From contig JBHGNT010000015.1 of the NCBI GenBank assembly GCA_043228905.1, positions 15,872,001 to 15,936,000 on the forward strand: 64,000 nt of DNA, written 5' to 3'. The translations under genes and the position numbers were made by a program. The notes beneath the pieces were generated by a model that made no database searches, had not been told where the DNA came from, and was given only the letters and a program-made list of their open reading frames with translations. Source of the stretch: Azolla caroliniana (taxonomy: Eukaryota > Plantae > Polypodiophyta). This document shows, one piece after another, positions 38,798-51,681 of the stretch; positions within the stretch are counted from its first letter, which is position 1, and every line of letters begins with the position of its first letter.

Positions 38798-41700
38798 TTT
38801 CATGTTGTTTTGCTTACGCGTGTGAAATAAGGCGGGACCACGGGGGCACTGAACCGAGGAGCAAGGGAGACAAGAGGAAGTGAGGAGCGCGCAATTGCAA
38901 GGCCTGCTAGACCTGCCAGCAACCGACAGGACTTGCCCACTGAATGAACCGCCAACGCGTATTCCGACTTAACCAAGAAGCACACTTGAGAGAAGCGAAA
39001 TAGGAGACACCTAGAAACACTGATAGAGAAGAACAAGAGATTCAATTATGATAACAGTGATGATTACAATGATTGCAACCCTGTAGAGAATGATGATAGA
39101 AGAGGAGAGAGCTCGGTTCCCAGTCCGACAACCTTCTGTCCTTGCCCAAAAAAAACGCCTGATCCCTTCTTCTTCTTCTCCCCTACTTTTTATAGGTCGC
39201 CGAGGAGGCCGTTACATCAAAACATGTCAACTTTATTCTCTGTCCCTTCGGACAGAGATATGCATCGATTTCCTAATTAATAAATATCTCATTCCTAGTA
39301 TATTTACATCAGCCGTCCTATTCCTAGTTATATACAATCAATTCACGCACACTTGTGAAAGGGCGGGCTCACGCCTTTAATTCCTTGATTCCTCTTAGGG
39401 CCAGTTTTCTTCACGACATTCACCCCCACTAAACCGCGCATCCACCGGTATGTGCCAGACACGAACAATTGCCGAAGAAGACCGACCCGTAATCACCCGT
39501 CACCTCCCGATTGTTCATTTATTCCTTGATTCCTCTTAGGGCCAGTTTTCTTCATGACATCCACCCCCACCAAACTGTGCATCCACCGGTATGCACCAGA
39601 CACGAACAAATGCCGAAGAAGACCGACCTGTAATCACCCGTCACCTCCCGATTCCTCATCTGCTCCAAACCGGTCATCCTCGTCGGTCACGCTTTTCGGG
39701 TTCGACTCGTCCTCATGCCGCTTCTTGAACACCTTGATCCGCTTCCCGGCTACGGGCACTGTTAACTGCGTCCCGTCGAGCTCTGCAAGATGGTACGTCT
39801 CGTTGTCATTCGCGCTTGTAACGACGTAGGGCCTTAACCACCTCCTCGTGAATTTGCATGTTGCCATGTGATGGTTGTCGAGGCTGATGTCGTACACCAA
39901 CACCTAGTCGCCTTCCTCGATCTTCTTTGGCCGCAACCGGTGTGTCTGGTCGAACCGGCCTTTGTTCCTCTCCCTCGCCGTTTGCAGCTTTGTCTTTGCC
40001 CGCCCCACGTCCTCCGGTCTTCGCTTGAGTTGTCGAATCTGCGCCGCCAACAACTCTTCCTAGCTCATCTCGTTCCTCCAATCTATCACTGCCCACGAGG
40101 AAATCGTTCGTTCTACCGGCATGACCGGTTTCTGCCCGTACATCAACTCCGCTGGCATGTATCCGGCCATTGAACTATGTGTCGTCCGGTCTGCCCATAA
40201 TGAGTAGGGTAGGAGCCACGACCAATTCCTAACCTGGCCTCCGCAGGCCCGTACCAACGCCTTTATGATTGGCCCGTGTCCGCGCTCCAGCTTCCCGTTT
40301 GCCTCTGGATTGTACGCCGTAGTGAGCGAGAGTTTAAACCCTAACTGTTCAAATAGCTCTTCGGCCTCCTGTGCATCCAATTCCCCACGGTCCGCTATGA
40401 TCTTCCCCACGCACTTGTACCGGCATACTACCTCTTCGAGCAGAAATCGGCATACCGCCGCAGTCGTCTTGTTCTTCCACTTGGTTTGTCAAATCCTCCA
40501 GCGCAAGCACCAGGTACCGCATCTGCCCTACCCCAATCAGCATAGTTACTAAGTCTACCATCCACTTGAAATGGATAGTTGGCTGGTAGGTCGGGTGTAA
40601 CTCATCTCGATGTCGGATTGTGGAGTGCAGCTGACAGCTTTCGCACGTCATCACAAACTGGTACACATCCCGGTACAGCCCAGGCCACCAATACTTCTCC
40701 TTTAGTTTCTCGAACGTGGCCCACGTCCCACGGTGTTTGGCCCAAGGACTCTCGTAGTATGCCATTAACAACTTGTCCTGCTCGTCCTTTCTCGCCACTA
40801 CGCGGAGTGGAACGCCGCCTCACTTCTTTGGGAGCTTCCATATTCTTCCGTCCCGTAGAAAGAATCGGTATGCTTTCTTCCGAATCCGGTTAGCCTCCTC
40901 TCTGGTCCATGCCGCATCTTGCGTCATTGTCCTCAGGAACCTTCCAATCTGGAGCCACTCCCCGTCGTACTCGCTCTCGCTGAACTCGTTAAGCGCCGGA
41001 GTGCTCCCTACCCTTGTCGCTACGCGAACCGACTCAAAGAAGTCTATGCTGACTTGTTCGTCCTCTGAAACCATGCCATTCTCGTCGTCGAACCGCGCTT
41101 TAGAAAGCATATCGGCCATGGTGTTTTCCTTTCCGGAGATGTGTCGTATCTCTGGATCCAGGGACTTAATGTACGAGATCAACCTGAGCATCGCCAGGTC
41201 CGGAATCGCGCATCCGGAAACCATACCGAGGATCGGCTGGCAGTCTGTCCCGATGATTACTTCTGTCCCGATCAGGTAGTCTTTATCGGCCTTGACCGCC
41301 AAAACGATACCCCACGGTTCGCGCTTAACTTGGGCGTATCCTTACTATCGCTCACTGAGAACCTTCGCCCCGAACTGGATCAGGAACCACGTGCCACTCT
41401 CGTCCTCCTGATTGATCACGCATCCTATCCCAGTTGGGCTCGTATCTACGGTTACGTAGATTGGGACCTCTTTGCCGTAAACCTCTTTCCGGAGAGCCGG
41501 TGCCGTAGTAAGCGCCTGCTTCAGTCTCCGGATCGACTCCGTATGCTCCTTGCCCCACTCGAATTTGCGTCCTTTCTTCAGTAGCCCGTAGAGCGGTTCC
41601 GCCATGTGCGCGTAATGCGGAACCTAGATGTGGTAGAACGCACATGCCCCTAGGAACCTCAGCTCCTCCGTAACTGACTTGCACTCCTCCTTCATCGCGG

Positions 41701-44700
41701 AAATGGCTTCAACCTTTACTGGAGACGGTTTCCGGCCATAAGGCCCGCACAAGTGACCGACCACTAAGATTTCCGACTGACCGAAAGACGATTTTTCTTC
41801 GGAGAAGGTGAGTCGCGCACTCTCTAGCCTTTGTAGCACCTTCTCACAGTCTCTGATGTGGTCCGCAACAAACCTCCGGCAACCGTCCAGTGCAACCGAC
41901 TCATCCTTATCTTCCACCGAACATCCCTTAATCGGTATGTCGTCCAAAAACGACATGGTGATATCCGGGATGCAGTCCGTTAGCACTTTGTTCATAACGT
42001 TCACCATGCGCGCCACCGAGTTGGTCCCTCCTTGCGGCAAGGTACACATCCGCACTAGGCCGAGAGGAGTCCGCATGGTCGTAATATCCCTGCTCTCCAT
42101 GGCTAGTTGGAATTGGTCGTACCTCGAGTACAGATCTCGACCGAGTAAATTGACCTTCCGGCGAAGGCCTTTGCAAACTCGTCTATGGTTGGCCCGATCC
42201 CTGCGTTCCAAATCGTCACCTTGTTGACAGGCTGCAGGTCCTGAATAAAGCGCAACGTGCCGTTCTTTTTAGGCATGGTAAACCACCAATTCGAGTATGG
42301 GGCACTCGACAATTCGAGGATGCCCATCTCCACCTTCTGCTTCAGCAGCTCCATCAGCTTCGGGATGTGAGCTCTGGGTACTAGAATTGGTTTGAGATTC
42401 CATGGCACATGTGGTACCGTGAAGATCATCATTGGTTCCACGACCGTCGGGTCCACGCACCCGATCTCTTCCGGCGAGAATGCAAAGGCCTTCCCGTGCC
42501 TCCCGAGCATTCTTCAAAACCGTTCCTCCTCCGCTGGCAGTAGAAAGCCACCCCCACCGATCTTGAGCTCCTGTAGCGTTATGTTGGTGAACCGGTGTCC
42601 TATGCCGGCCGGATCCCATAGACTTGGGTCCGACGCGACCCCTTCCATCTGTAACCCGTTGCCCTCCAGCAAGGGTGCCGCGACTGGCCTCACCTTCCGG
42701 TCCATAGTCTTGTACTTCGTATGCACATGGGCCGTCCAATCCGATCTGACCCTTTCCCCGAAGTCGGCAATGACTTCGTACATTCCCACCGAGTTGACCG
42801 GAATCATCCGTTCTTCACTGAGGACTCTGCATGTCCTGAGTCGTTCCTCTACCCGCTTCTTCTCCTGGCCGCTGATGCCGGCTATAGTACAACCTTTGTT
42901 ATCGGAGAACCAAAATTTCCTACCTATGGTACAGGTGTGGGGATCCTCCGGGGTGTCTAGACTATCGTGGCCCCACGCCTTGATAGCCCTCTCTAAAAAT
43001 CCCCTCGTTCGCCGTTGTCGAGGGTTTCGCGGTTCTGCTCATGGTTCGGTCTTACGGTCAGGAATTGAAAGGAGTGTCGTCCATCTTGGCTCTTTATGCG
43101 CGCTTATGCCAAACCGTTATCCATCACCCTTGTCTCCATACGCGCCGTTGTAATGTACGGCTTGCCGAGTATCATCGGGTGTGAGGATGTCTCCTGCACA
43201 AAGAAGTGTTGATCTATCTCGACGTCACCGATCTTTACGTGTACATTCGGGCACGCCCCATGCAACTCCTTTGTAGCGCGCGTCGCCGCGCATATCTTCC
43301 ACCCGTGCTTGGTGTTGATCGGCCATTTCCCTTTCTTATAGAAATCCATGGACATCAGGTTGATTTCGGATCCATGGTCTATCAATGCCACTACCAGCTC
43401 CAGAATGTCCCCGATCCGAACAAGGGTCTCCATAGTGGCTCTGGCCCAATGCAACTTTGAATAATGTCAGTTCTCCAACTCGCCCTCTAGGGCCGTGTCT
43501 TTTAAGCGTGTCGTCCGCACCTCCACTGGCTTCTCCGGCTCCGGCTCCTTTGAGAGCCGCTTACGCTTTACCAAGTCTACAATGGAGTCGTGGAACTCCT
43601 TCTTGGCAATCCCGAGTACCTCCCGTAACGACAACTCCACCCTACTGTCGAGGACCCGTTCCTCAAGGACCTTTCACAGGTCCATCGTTCGCTCAATTTC
43701 GGTGCTCAGCCAGAAACCAGCCAGCTTCTTTCTATCTGGTGCACCGGTGTTGACGGCGTCATTCGGCTTCGGTCCGAATTGGGTCTCGTACCGTTGTGAG
43801 GTACTGACCCCTCGAACCTTCCCCGGGCACTTGTCTTCTACCAGAAACTCATAGTTCTGGCACGCGGCTTCCACGAGACCAGTCTTCTCCTCAACCGGAT
43901 CGTCCCATCCGGTGACCTCCCGGACCCGCTGCTCCGCGCGGTCCGCTTCTTCCCTCTTTAGTCATGTGCCAGAGAGGCCTTCCAGCACCAAGGGCCACAA
44001 GCCCAAGTCTTTTGCTATCTGGTCTTGGTTATCTCCCACCTGGATTCTGGCCAATGCCGAATAATGGACGGCCTCCGCTTCTTCCATTAGCCGCTTCAAC
44101 TTGCCACTCCCGAAATTTGTCCCCACGGGTCTCCGAGTATCACCAGCGTGCACTCATCTGTTCCATAGGTATACCACATTACCCCTGAGGGCTTCAGCAA
44201 ACTCCACGTAGTCTTGCCGGCTGTGTTCGACCGCGTCGCACCACATACACCATTGTCCAGCCGGTGGCCTTCGGTCGCGTGGCTGCCCTCCACTATCTCT
44301 CTAGGCCTACACGATCTGCAGGTTGCACACCATTTGTGTCATCTCCTCAAGAGCCGCTCCGTCGGATGGGCCCTTGACCGCTCCGGTCGATGTTGGGCCA
44401 GTTTCAAACCAGTCCCGGGTTTCCTCCTTTCGTGTCGGCGAAGGCTCGTCGAACTTCCTGGCCGGGGTGGGTCCTGTTGTCGACGATTTCTCGTCGCCCC
44501 AGTCTCGTCGTTTGTCGAAGCGGGTGCAGACCCCCTTGACCGTGGCCTAGTCGGTCGTCAGCTCATCATTTGTCTCTAGTAGGAGACTCACCTGGTCCCG
44601 ATCCCGCGCATCCACCGATTTGACGAACAACAGGACACGGCTCGTGTCCAACACGGTCCTGTCCAGCGTTGAGAGCCGTGCGAAGCGTTCTTGGAACTCC

Positions 44701-45770
44701 CAGAGGAGCACCAACGCATTCCTCCCCTTTCCGGGGGTCTCCACCCACTCCATGAAGTCCCGCTTCGATAGCCGAAGCGCGTCATTAAGCTTGTACCTTT
44801 CGAGGAGCCGTGTTTCGAATTATCCCCAGGTCCCGCATCCCGCCTATACCTCAAGCACCTCTGCGTGGATGCCCGGTGTTGCCACCTGAGGGAAGCCGGC
44901 CAGACGCTTATCCTTTGGAATGTTCCTCATCACCATCTCGGCTTGGTAGGCTACCAAATAGCTCATAGCATCCTTCCCACCGAACCGGCCTATCGAGCCG
45001 ACAACTGCTTCAATGGCCCTGTCGAGGGCGCTCGTGCCCTCGCGAGCACTTACTATCTGATCAACAACTGTTGCCATGGCTTCGGCGAGCTCCGATCCCC
45101 TCATCTTCGACTCCTCTACCGCCAGTTTCACGCCGGGTTCACCCACTTATGTCGTGTTGTTTCGCTTACGCGTGTGAAATAAGGCGGGACCACGGGGGCC
45201 CTGAACCGAGGAGCAAGGGAGACAAGAGGAAGTGAGGAGCACGCAATTGCAAGGCCTGCTAGACCTGCCAGCAACCGACATGACTTGCCCACTGAATGAA
45301 CCGCCAACGCGTATTCCGACTTAACCAAGAAGCACACTTGAGAGAAGCGAAATAGGAGACACCTAGAAACACTGATAGAGAAGAACAAGAGATTCAATTA
45401 TGATAACAGTGATGATTACAATGATTGCAACCCTGTAGAGAATGATGATAGAAGAGGAGAGAGCTTGGTTCCCAGTTTGACAAGCTCTCGTCCTTGCCCA
45501 AAAAAAATGCCCGATCCCTTCTTCTTCTTCTCCCCTACTTTTTATAGGTCGTCGAGGAGGCCGTTACATCAAAACACGTCAACTTTATTCTCTGTCCCTT
45601 CAAACAGAGATACGCATCGATTTCCTAATTAATAAATATCTTATTCCTAGTATATTTACATTAGTCGTCCTATTCCTGGTTATATACAATCAATTCACGC
45701 ACACTTGTGAAAGGGCGGGTTCACGCCTTTAATTCCTTGATTCCTCTTAGGGCCGGTTTTCTTCACGACA
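38798..45770 (-). mobile_element. full-length tRNA-Trp-primed non-chromovirus Ty3/gypsy element (LTRs 38798-39418 and 45150-45770)
   Basis: Two 621-bp LTRs, PBS GGGTGAACCCGGCGTGAA on the minus strand (45127-45144), apparent 4-bp TSD GTGG/GCGG. Gag, PR (ALIDHGSEINLM), RT (FLDDIPIKG), RH (VTVDTSPTGIG) and INT (WMVDLVTM). Confidence 0.95.
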
Positions 45771-46555
45771 GCGGAAGCCGACAAGGAAATCATATGAAGG
45801 AGTTTATCGATGAACTAGGATATCATTGGCTTAGAGAGCGAGTAAGAAAAGGAGTTTACTCTAATTGTCTCATGGGTCAAATTTGGCCTTAGAAGACGTT
45901 AATATATCTTCCTTTCTTTCTTTCTAGTGAAGATCCACAAGGACGAAAATGGATTGGATATGCTGACGAAGGTGTTGTCAGCCAAAAAGCTAAATGTGTG
46001 CCGACAGAGAGTTGGTTTGGTGAAGTACCCCATGCCAGAGTGAAGGGGTTTTTTTTTTGGTAAACGTGTCCCTCCGGATGGGAAGAGAAGTACCGTGTTG
46101 GTAAGTATCTCGAAACCGAAATCGTTTCGGAAGACTATAATTGTAAATAGTCTAAAATGCCCTTGTGGGCTATACTTGTAAATAGCCAGAAAGTTGCTTT
46201 TGTTTATAAGCAACTAGGGCAAACTTTAGTACAGTGTAGTTGATCATTATTGAAAAGTTAGAACGAAGTAGTTGCCTCTGTAACCGTGAGTGAAAGAGTG
46301 AGAGTGTAACTCTATACCCGTCTGTCAGACGAAGGAGAACTCGAGGTCGTTGCCTCCGAGTTTCGTATTTGTACTTCCTCTCTACTATAGTGATCTATTT
46401 CTCAGGGTTTGTGAACCCCTGTGGTTTTTCCCATTTCGGGTTTTCCACGTAAAATATCAGTGTTTGTGTCTTCATGTTTTTGTTTGTTTACTAGTTCTTG
46501 GTTTCTGCACACGCATACGAATGTGTAATCGGTTGTGGCCGATTGGTTCCTAACA

Positions 46556-48940
46556 CATTTAACTCCTTAAAAACATCGTTTGAATTTTCTCGATCTCATT
46601 CCATGCATTAAGAGAGATGGTGTCACCCCATACTTCTACTCCATAAAGCAATACTTGAGTTACCATGGGATTGAACAACATTAGTTTTACTTCCCATCCA
46701 CAAGTATCACTTTGGTTGCATTGGTTCTCCAAAAGGTAATACGATTTCCAATTGGCTTCGAGCCAAGAATCAAAGCATGCACTCCATTTATTAGTGGCGG
46801 GTACGTCAACACCAAGATATTTAAAGCTTCGAACAAATTGTATATGTTCTCCTCTATATGTGAGCATAGGGTAACGATGAGGTTGGATGGTTTGCACTAC
46901 CATCATTTTTGTTTTCTCCACATTGATTGCTAGTCCACTACTATGGCAAAATTCTTCTAATACCCCAAGTAAATATTGCATACTATCAACATCATATGAG
47001 AAGAGTACCACATCATTTGCATATAGAAGCAATAAGATAACATGTTGCATCAATTTGGAGGCATTCAATCCTTCTTCTCTTGCAACCTTATTCACCACTT
47101 CTTCTAATTTATCAATACATAAGCCAAAGAGTGTGGGTGATAGTGGACATCCTTGCTTGACCCCCATGTTACTTAAAAAGTGCTTTGAGAATCCACCATC
47201 CATTTTTAGTTGGTATTTAACTTGTTCATATAGGCGTGCAATAGCATGTCAATCTCTACCATTCTATTCCAAAGCTCACTTCGAGGTACGATATCAAAAG
47301 CTTTCTTGAAATCAACAAAACGACAATAAAGTGTTTTTCCTTGTAGTCGACTCTCTTCCATGATTACTCTCAATGTGACCAAATGATCCACAGTGGAGTG
47401 TTTTGGTCTAAATCCTGCTTGCCCAAGTGCTCTTTTGCTTGTACTTTCAGCTCAGGTGTTTATCTTTTGCTCCATAATAGTGCTATATAATTTAGCAATA
47501 GTTGAGCTCACCATTATTGTATGATAATTTGATATTTGATTCTTATCTTCCACTTTAAATATTGGTTTAATACAATTCATAAGCCAATCATTTGGAAATC
47601 CTTGTTTTATAGCTTGATCTATAATTGTCATTATCTAATGACGAGTATGTGGCATTGTCCATTTTAAAAGCTCACTTGAAATGTATGTTGCAGTTGTTGG
47701 TTTCACACTCGCCATCTTCTTTATTCCCTTATTGCCATCATCAATATCAATACATGTAGTGCATGGTGTCTCAATTTTCTTAACCATAGGAGCCACACCT
47801 TCATGCATATATAGCCTTTGTACATAGTCTAACATCTCTTCTTTTGTAAAGTGACCTTTCACATCTTGTTTATTACCCTTGAGTTGTCCCCATGCTAATT
47901 TTGGTTTGAGCTTAAACAAGTTTTTCTTTTTCATCTCTTGAATTTGGAAATATCTTCTTTTCTTTCTCCTCATTACTTTCTTATATAGGTGCCACGCAAC
48001 AATCTTTTCATTTTCCCCTTCTATGGACTTAAACCATTTGAGATACATCTTACATTCATTGTCGAACCAAGAATTACATGGAAAACTACACATCTTATGC
48101 CCACCCACATGCCTCTTAAAGTATTGATATCCAACCTTAAGGATGATATCCTTCAAATGCAATCGATTTTCTTTAACATCGTTGCTTAGAATTTTTTTTA
48201 ACAAATGGTTCTCCACTTCATTTGCATACATCTTAGCTTTTTCGTAGCAAGATTGGATAATACATCTCTTTTCCTCTTTCACTCCATGGCATCTATTGGA
48301 TGTGGAATTGCAAGCTCTAAGTACAATGGCTTGTGGTCTGAGTCCGGAGATAGAGAACCAACTTTAAACACATTCACCAATGATAGATCACATGCCAACA
48401 TTAATGCACAATCAACCAAACTTCCTCCACCTGAGGATGGTAAACATGTGAACACATTTTTCAATGGGAATGCCTTTATACCATTTAGGATAATTAGGTT
48501 TGTGCAATTTAGCATATGTATCAAAAGTTTTCCATAATCTGACATGACACAATCCTCTGAGTCATGCAAAAGAAAATGTTCTACTACATTTTCTTCAAAT
48601 GTCGCCACATTTTGGAAATTTCCAACAGTTCTTGCATTGAAGTCTCCCATAATTAAAACTTTACCAAGCTTCTCAAATGAAAGTATATCATGGCATAATT
48701 CTGTAAAAGGATCGTCACAATCTAACCCAAACATACTATAATAGTTTGAGTCTTTGTGAGGAATGTAACATGCAACTATATACAACTTCTCTTTTCCCAA
48801 ATTAACCTCTATCCATATGTATCTCTTATAGTTATCATATTTGCATACTTTGATAGAATTATCTAAGCTCTCATGGTAGATACATGCTATCTCGGCACAC
48901 CCAATAAACCCCTCTATCCATTCACACACCCAACTCACTC
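46556..48940 (-). mobile_element. RTE-like LINE, endonuclease plus reverse transcriptase, degenerate
   Basis: APE motifs (ACYIPH, MGDFNAR, SDHKPL) and RT motifs (FVDFKKAFD, GVKQGCPLSPTLF, LLYAND, FKYLG). Confidence 0.92.
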
Positions 48941-49119
48941 ACACTCTTTCATATCTACACACATGCACACACATGTGCATGTGTTTATACACATACAAAC
49001 ATTCTTACTCACTCCTATGGACATTATACATACATTTACAACAATATGTTTCACAAAAAGTCTGTCACTCATCCATCCCTCGTACGGATAACAACCATTG
49101 TTGGAAAAAAAGAAAAGAA

Positions 49120-49620
49120 AGACATGGGACAAATGTGGAGGCTCACGCTTTACACATTACACTATACATGTTGCACCTAACTACAAAACCATATTCCTTG
49201 TGGAGTGAGGAAACAATACACATCTATACATGTTAGAGCCCATCTCGTTGTTTGCCATCCGGACCATTGCTTCCATGTGACTTAGCTAACATGCATTGCG
49301 ATGTGAGAGGGGTCTTGGGGCACAAGTGATGAAAGTGGTCAACTATGCACACTTTGCCCTTAACAAGTTCAATTGTTTGAGTATTACACTTTGATACAAT
49401 GCTCTCCCTTTGATCATATTTGACCGTGCTTTCCACACATCTTCGACCAATATCAATCCTTGCACGTATTTCTCTCATAACCACAATTTGCACTCACGAT
49501 TGCAACATTCATTGATAAAGTTATTGAACATTGAGAGTTGCTACTCATTTTCACATGTATAATGTGAAATGTAATATTTTTGGTTTCATAGGCCATATTT
49601 GACCTACGAAGATGATAATA
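49120..49620. repeat. dispersed ~500-bp repeat, copy 1 (copy 2 at about 54695-55200)
   Basis: Colinear similarity, e.g. ACATGTTGCACCTAACTACAAAACCATATT, CATGCATTGCGAT and GTGAAATGTAATATTTTTGGT in both copies. Confidence 0.8.
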
Positions 49621-50217
49621 GAATCTATCTATTTATTTCCAAAGCTTCATTTAGAAGCCTTTTCTTTCCAATTAAAAAGTTCTCAATTTCAATTTAAGGA
49701 AAAATGGTTGATACTAACGATGTTAGCATTGGCATTAGTACCAAAAGGATCAAGTCTCGAGAGATTAAGAAAGACAATAATTGAGGCTCGATAATGTGAT
49801 TTAGGCTCTTTCAAGCTATTGTGGCAACAATGACTTTGTTTCTTGTCCCTTTTTTCTTTTGTTTCTAGATTTGATCCTAAGCCATTAATGTCGACATCAA
49901 CAATCACTGTAAAAAGCACAGGAAATGGAAACATATCCATCAACCCTTTTTTTCCTTAAATTGAAATCAATAACGTTTGCATTTGAAAGAAAATTGAGAG
50001 AGTGAGAGAGGCTAAGAAAGAAGATAATTGTCTCATAAGCAATGAGAAGGAGGCAACGTGCATGTTGGGTGGGCCGAAGCACAATGTAAAAAAAGAGCAA
50101 TGCATTGTTGTTGACAAGGGCGTCCACATGTTAGTTTGACTTGTTCGAAGGTGTGTGACAAGTAGAAAGTATGACGCTAGTGCCAACGATATATATGTGT
50201 GTGTGTGTGTGTGTGTA

Positions 50218-51446
50218 CAGTAGACATTCAGTTAAAACCGCATTTTGAATGCAAGGGAAAGGTGCGCACTTTATCGAGCTACACATTTGGGTTTTTTTAG
50301 TAAAAAAGAATATTCCCAATTTTTTCTTTCTTGTTGTAATTTTGAGAAAGCCCAAGCCCAACAACCATCATTGAGGCCCTCCCTCCTATTGTAATCGCTC
50401 CCACACTACTGCTACTGCAATTGACGTCACTCACCACTTTTCTTTCCTATGTCTATTTTTTGGTGTGTATGGTATGAATATGAGACAAATAAGAGAAGGG
50501 TGGTCTTGTGCATAGTTTAGATGGCTTGATTCTCTACATATTTTAGATGGTAACTATTTGGAGATTGTGCGTGATGTCGTTAGTTTGATATGTGGCATGT
50601 GGTTTAGGAGAAATGATCCATGTACTTGGTTGAGATAGTGCAACAAAAATACCTAAATGTAGGGATTTGAATCTAAATACTTGTGTTAATAGATCAATAG
50701 CTATTAATCGATTAATAAGTTCCCTTAATGTGAGTGTCCACATAATGAGCTATAATTTAATCGATTCATGTTTTTCTTTTATGTGAGTCCACATAACGAG
50801 CTATTCATCGATTAATAGCTTTCCCTTCATGTGAGTCCACATAATGAGCTATTAATCAATTAATAGTTTTTCTTTTATGTGAGTTCACATAATGAGTTAT
50901 TAATCGATTAATAGCTTTCCCTTAATGTGAGTCCACATAACGAGCTATTAATCGATTAATAGCTTTCCCCTAATGTGAGTCCACATAATGAGCTATTAAT
51001 TGATTAATAGCTTTCCCCTAATGTGAGTCCACATAATGAGCTATTAATCGATTAATAGCTTTCCCGTAATATTAGTTCACATAATGAGCTATTAATCAAT
51101 TAATAGCTTTCCTGTAATATCAGTTCACATAATGAGCTATTAATCGATTAATCGATTAATAGCTTTCGCTTCATTGACCCACGCCCAACCTATGTAATGG
51201 TAGGAATGCAAGATCTAAGTTCAACTCATTTTGTAGTTCACAACATCAATTTTATATTTATTGAATGTTAATCATTTTTTTGTTTCCTGAATGTTTAGAA
51301 TATAGTTTCAATTTGGTTTTATGTAATTTCATCACGAAACAATGAAACTTTTATGATCCGGATTTTGAACTCTATAAAAAAAAAGAGTGCACTTAATAGA
51401 ATGGCACACTTAAAGTGGACACCCATTTAAAACCGAAGGCCTACTG
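50218..51446. mobile_element. non-autonomous Tc1/mariner (pogo-like) TIR element in the FMO promoter
   Basis: TA-CAGTAGACATTCAGTT ... AACCGAAGGCCTACTG-TA: imperfect ~16-bp TIRs starting CAGT, with a TA TSD. The segment is absent from the paralogous region at about 63480. Confidence 0.82.
50697..51167. repeat. tandem array of ten ~48-bp units built on the 22-bp palindrome AGCTATTAATCGATTAATAGCT
   Basis: Palindrome copies start at about 50699, 50748, 50799, 50847, 50895, 50943, 50991, 51039, 51087 and 51135. The linker holds a second inverted repeat, ATGTG-AGTC-CACAT. Confidence 0.95.
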
Positions 51447-51635
51447 TATATGAATCCAACCATTGGTTCCTCGTGTTCTTCGTGAATGGAAGTACTACCC
51501 AGATATCATTCGTCAATGACCAAGTCATTATATGGTAGTTCACTAAACAAGTCATTATATGGTAGTTCACAAAACAAGTCATCTACCCAATCAAACAAAA
51601 CCAATGATTAGTTGACTGCTTACACACCTCCATAG

Positions 51636-51638
<3 letters not shown>

Positions 51639-51666
<28 letters not shown>
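51639..51666 (+). repeat. (GA)14 microsatellite just upstream of the FMO start codon
   Basis: Direct reading; ends 15 bp before the ATG at 51682. Confidence 0.9.
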
Positions 51667-51669
<3 letters not shown>

Positions 51670-51681
51670 TGGATTTGGCTT

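Larger units (their letters stand above)
28546..46555 (+). mobile_element. Ty1/copia element lacking its 5' LTR, split by two gypsy insertions (segments 28546-31545, 38488-38797, 45771-46555)
   Basis: WVVDSGASFH protease, integrase and RT (LYVDDML). Reading resumes across the insertions (YAMVCTK|LDIGYAVG and EAEYMAV|AEADKE). Degenerate PPT near 46040 and 3' LTR ending TAACA at 46555. Confidence 0.88.

Noticed and set aside
50697-51167. CRISPR-like array of palindromic repeats
   Set aside because: The linkers are near-identical rather than unique spacers, no cas genes are present, and the context is eukaryotic inside a TIR element. It is a minisatellite.
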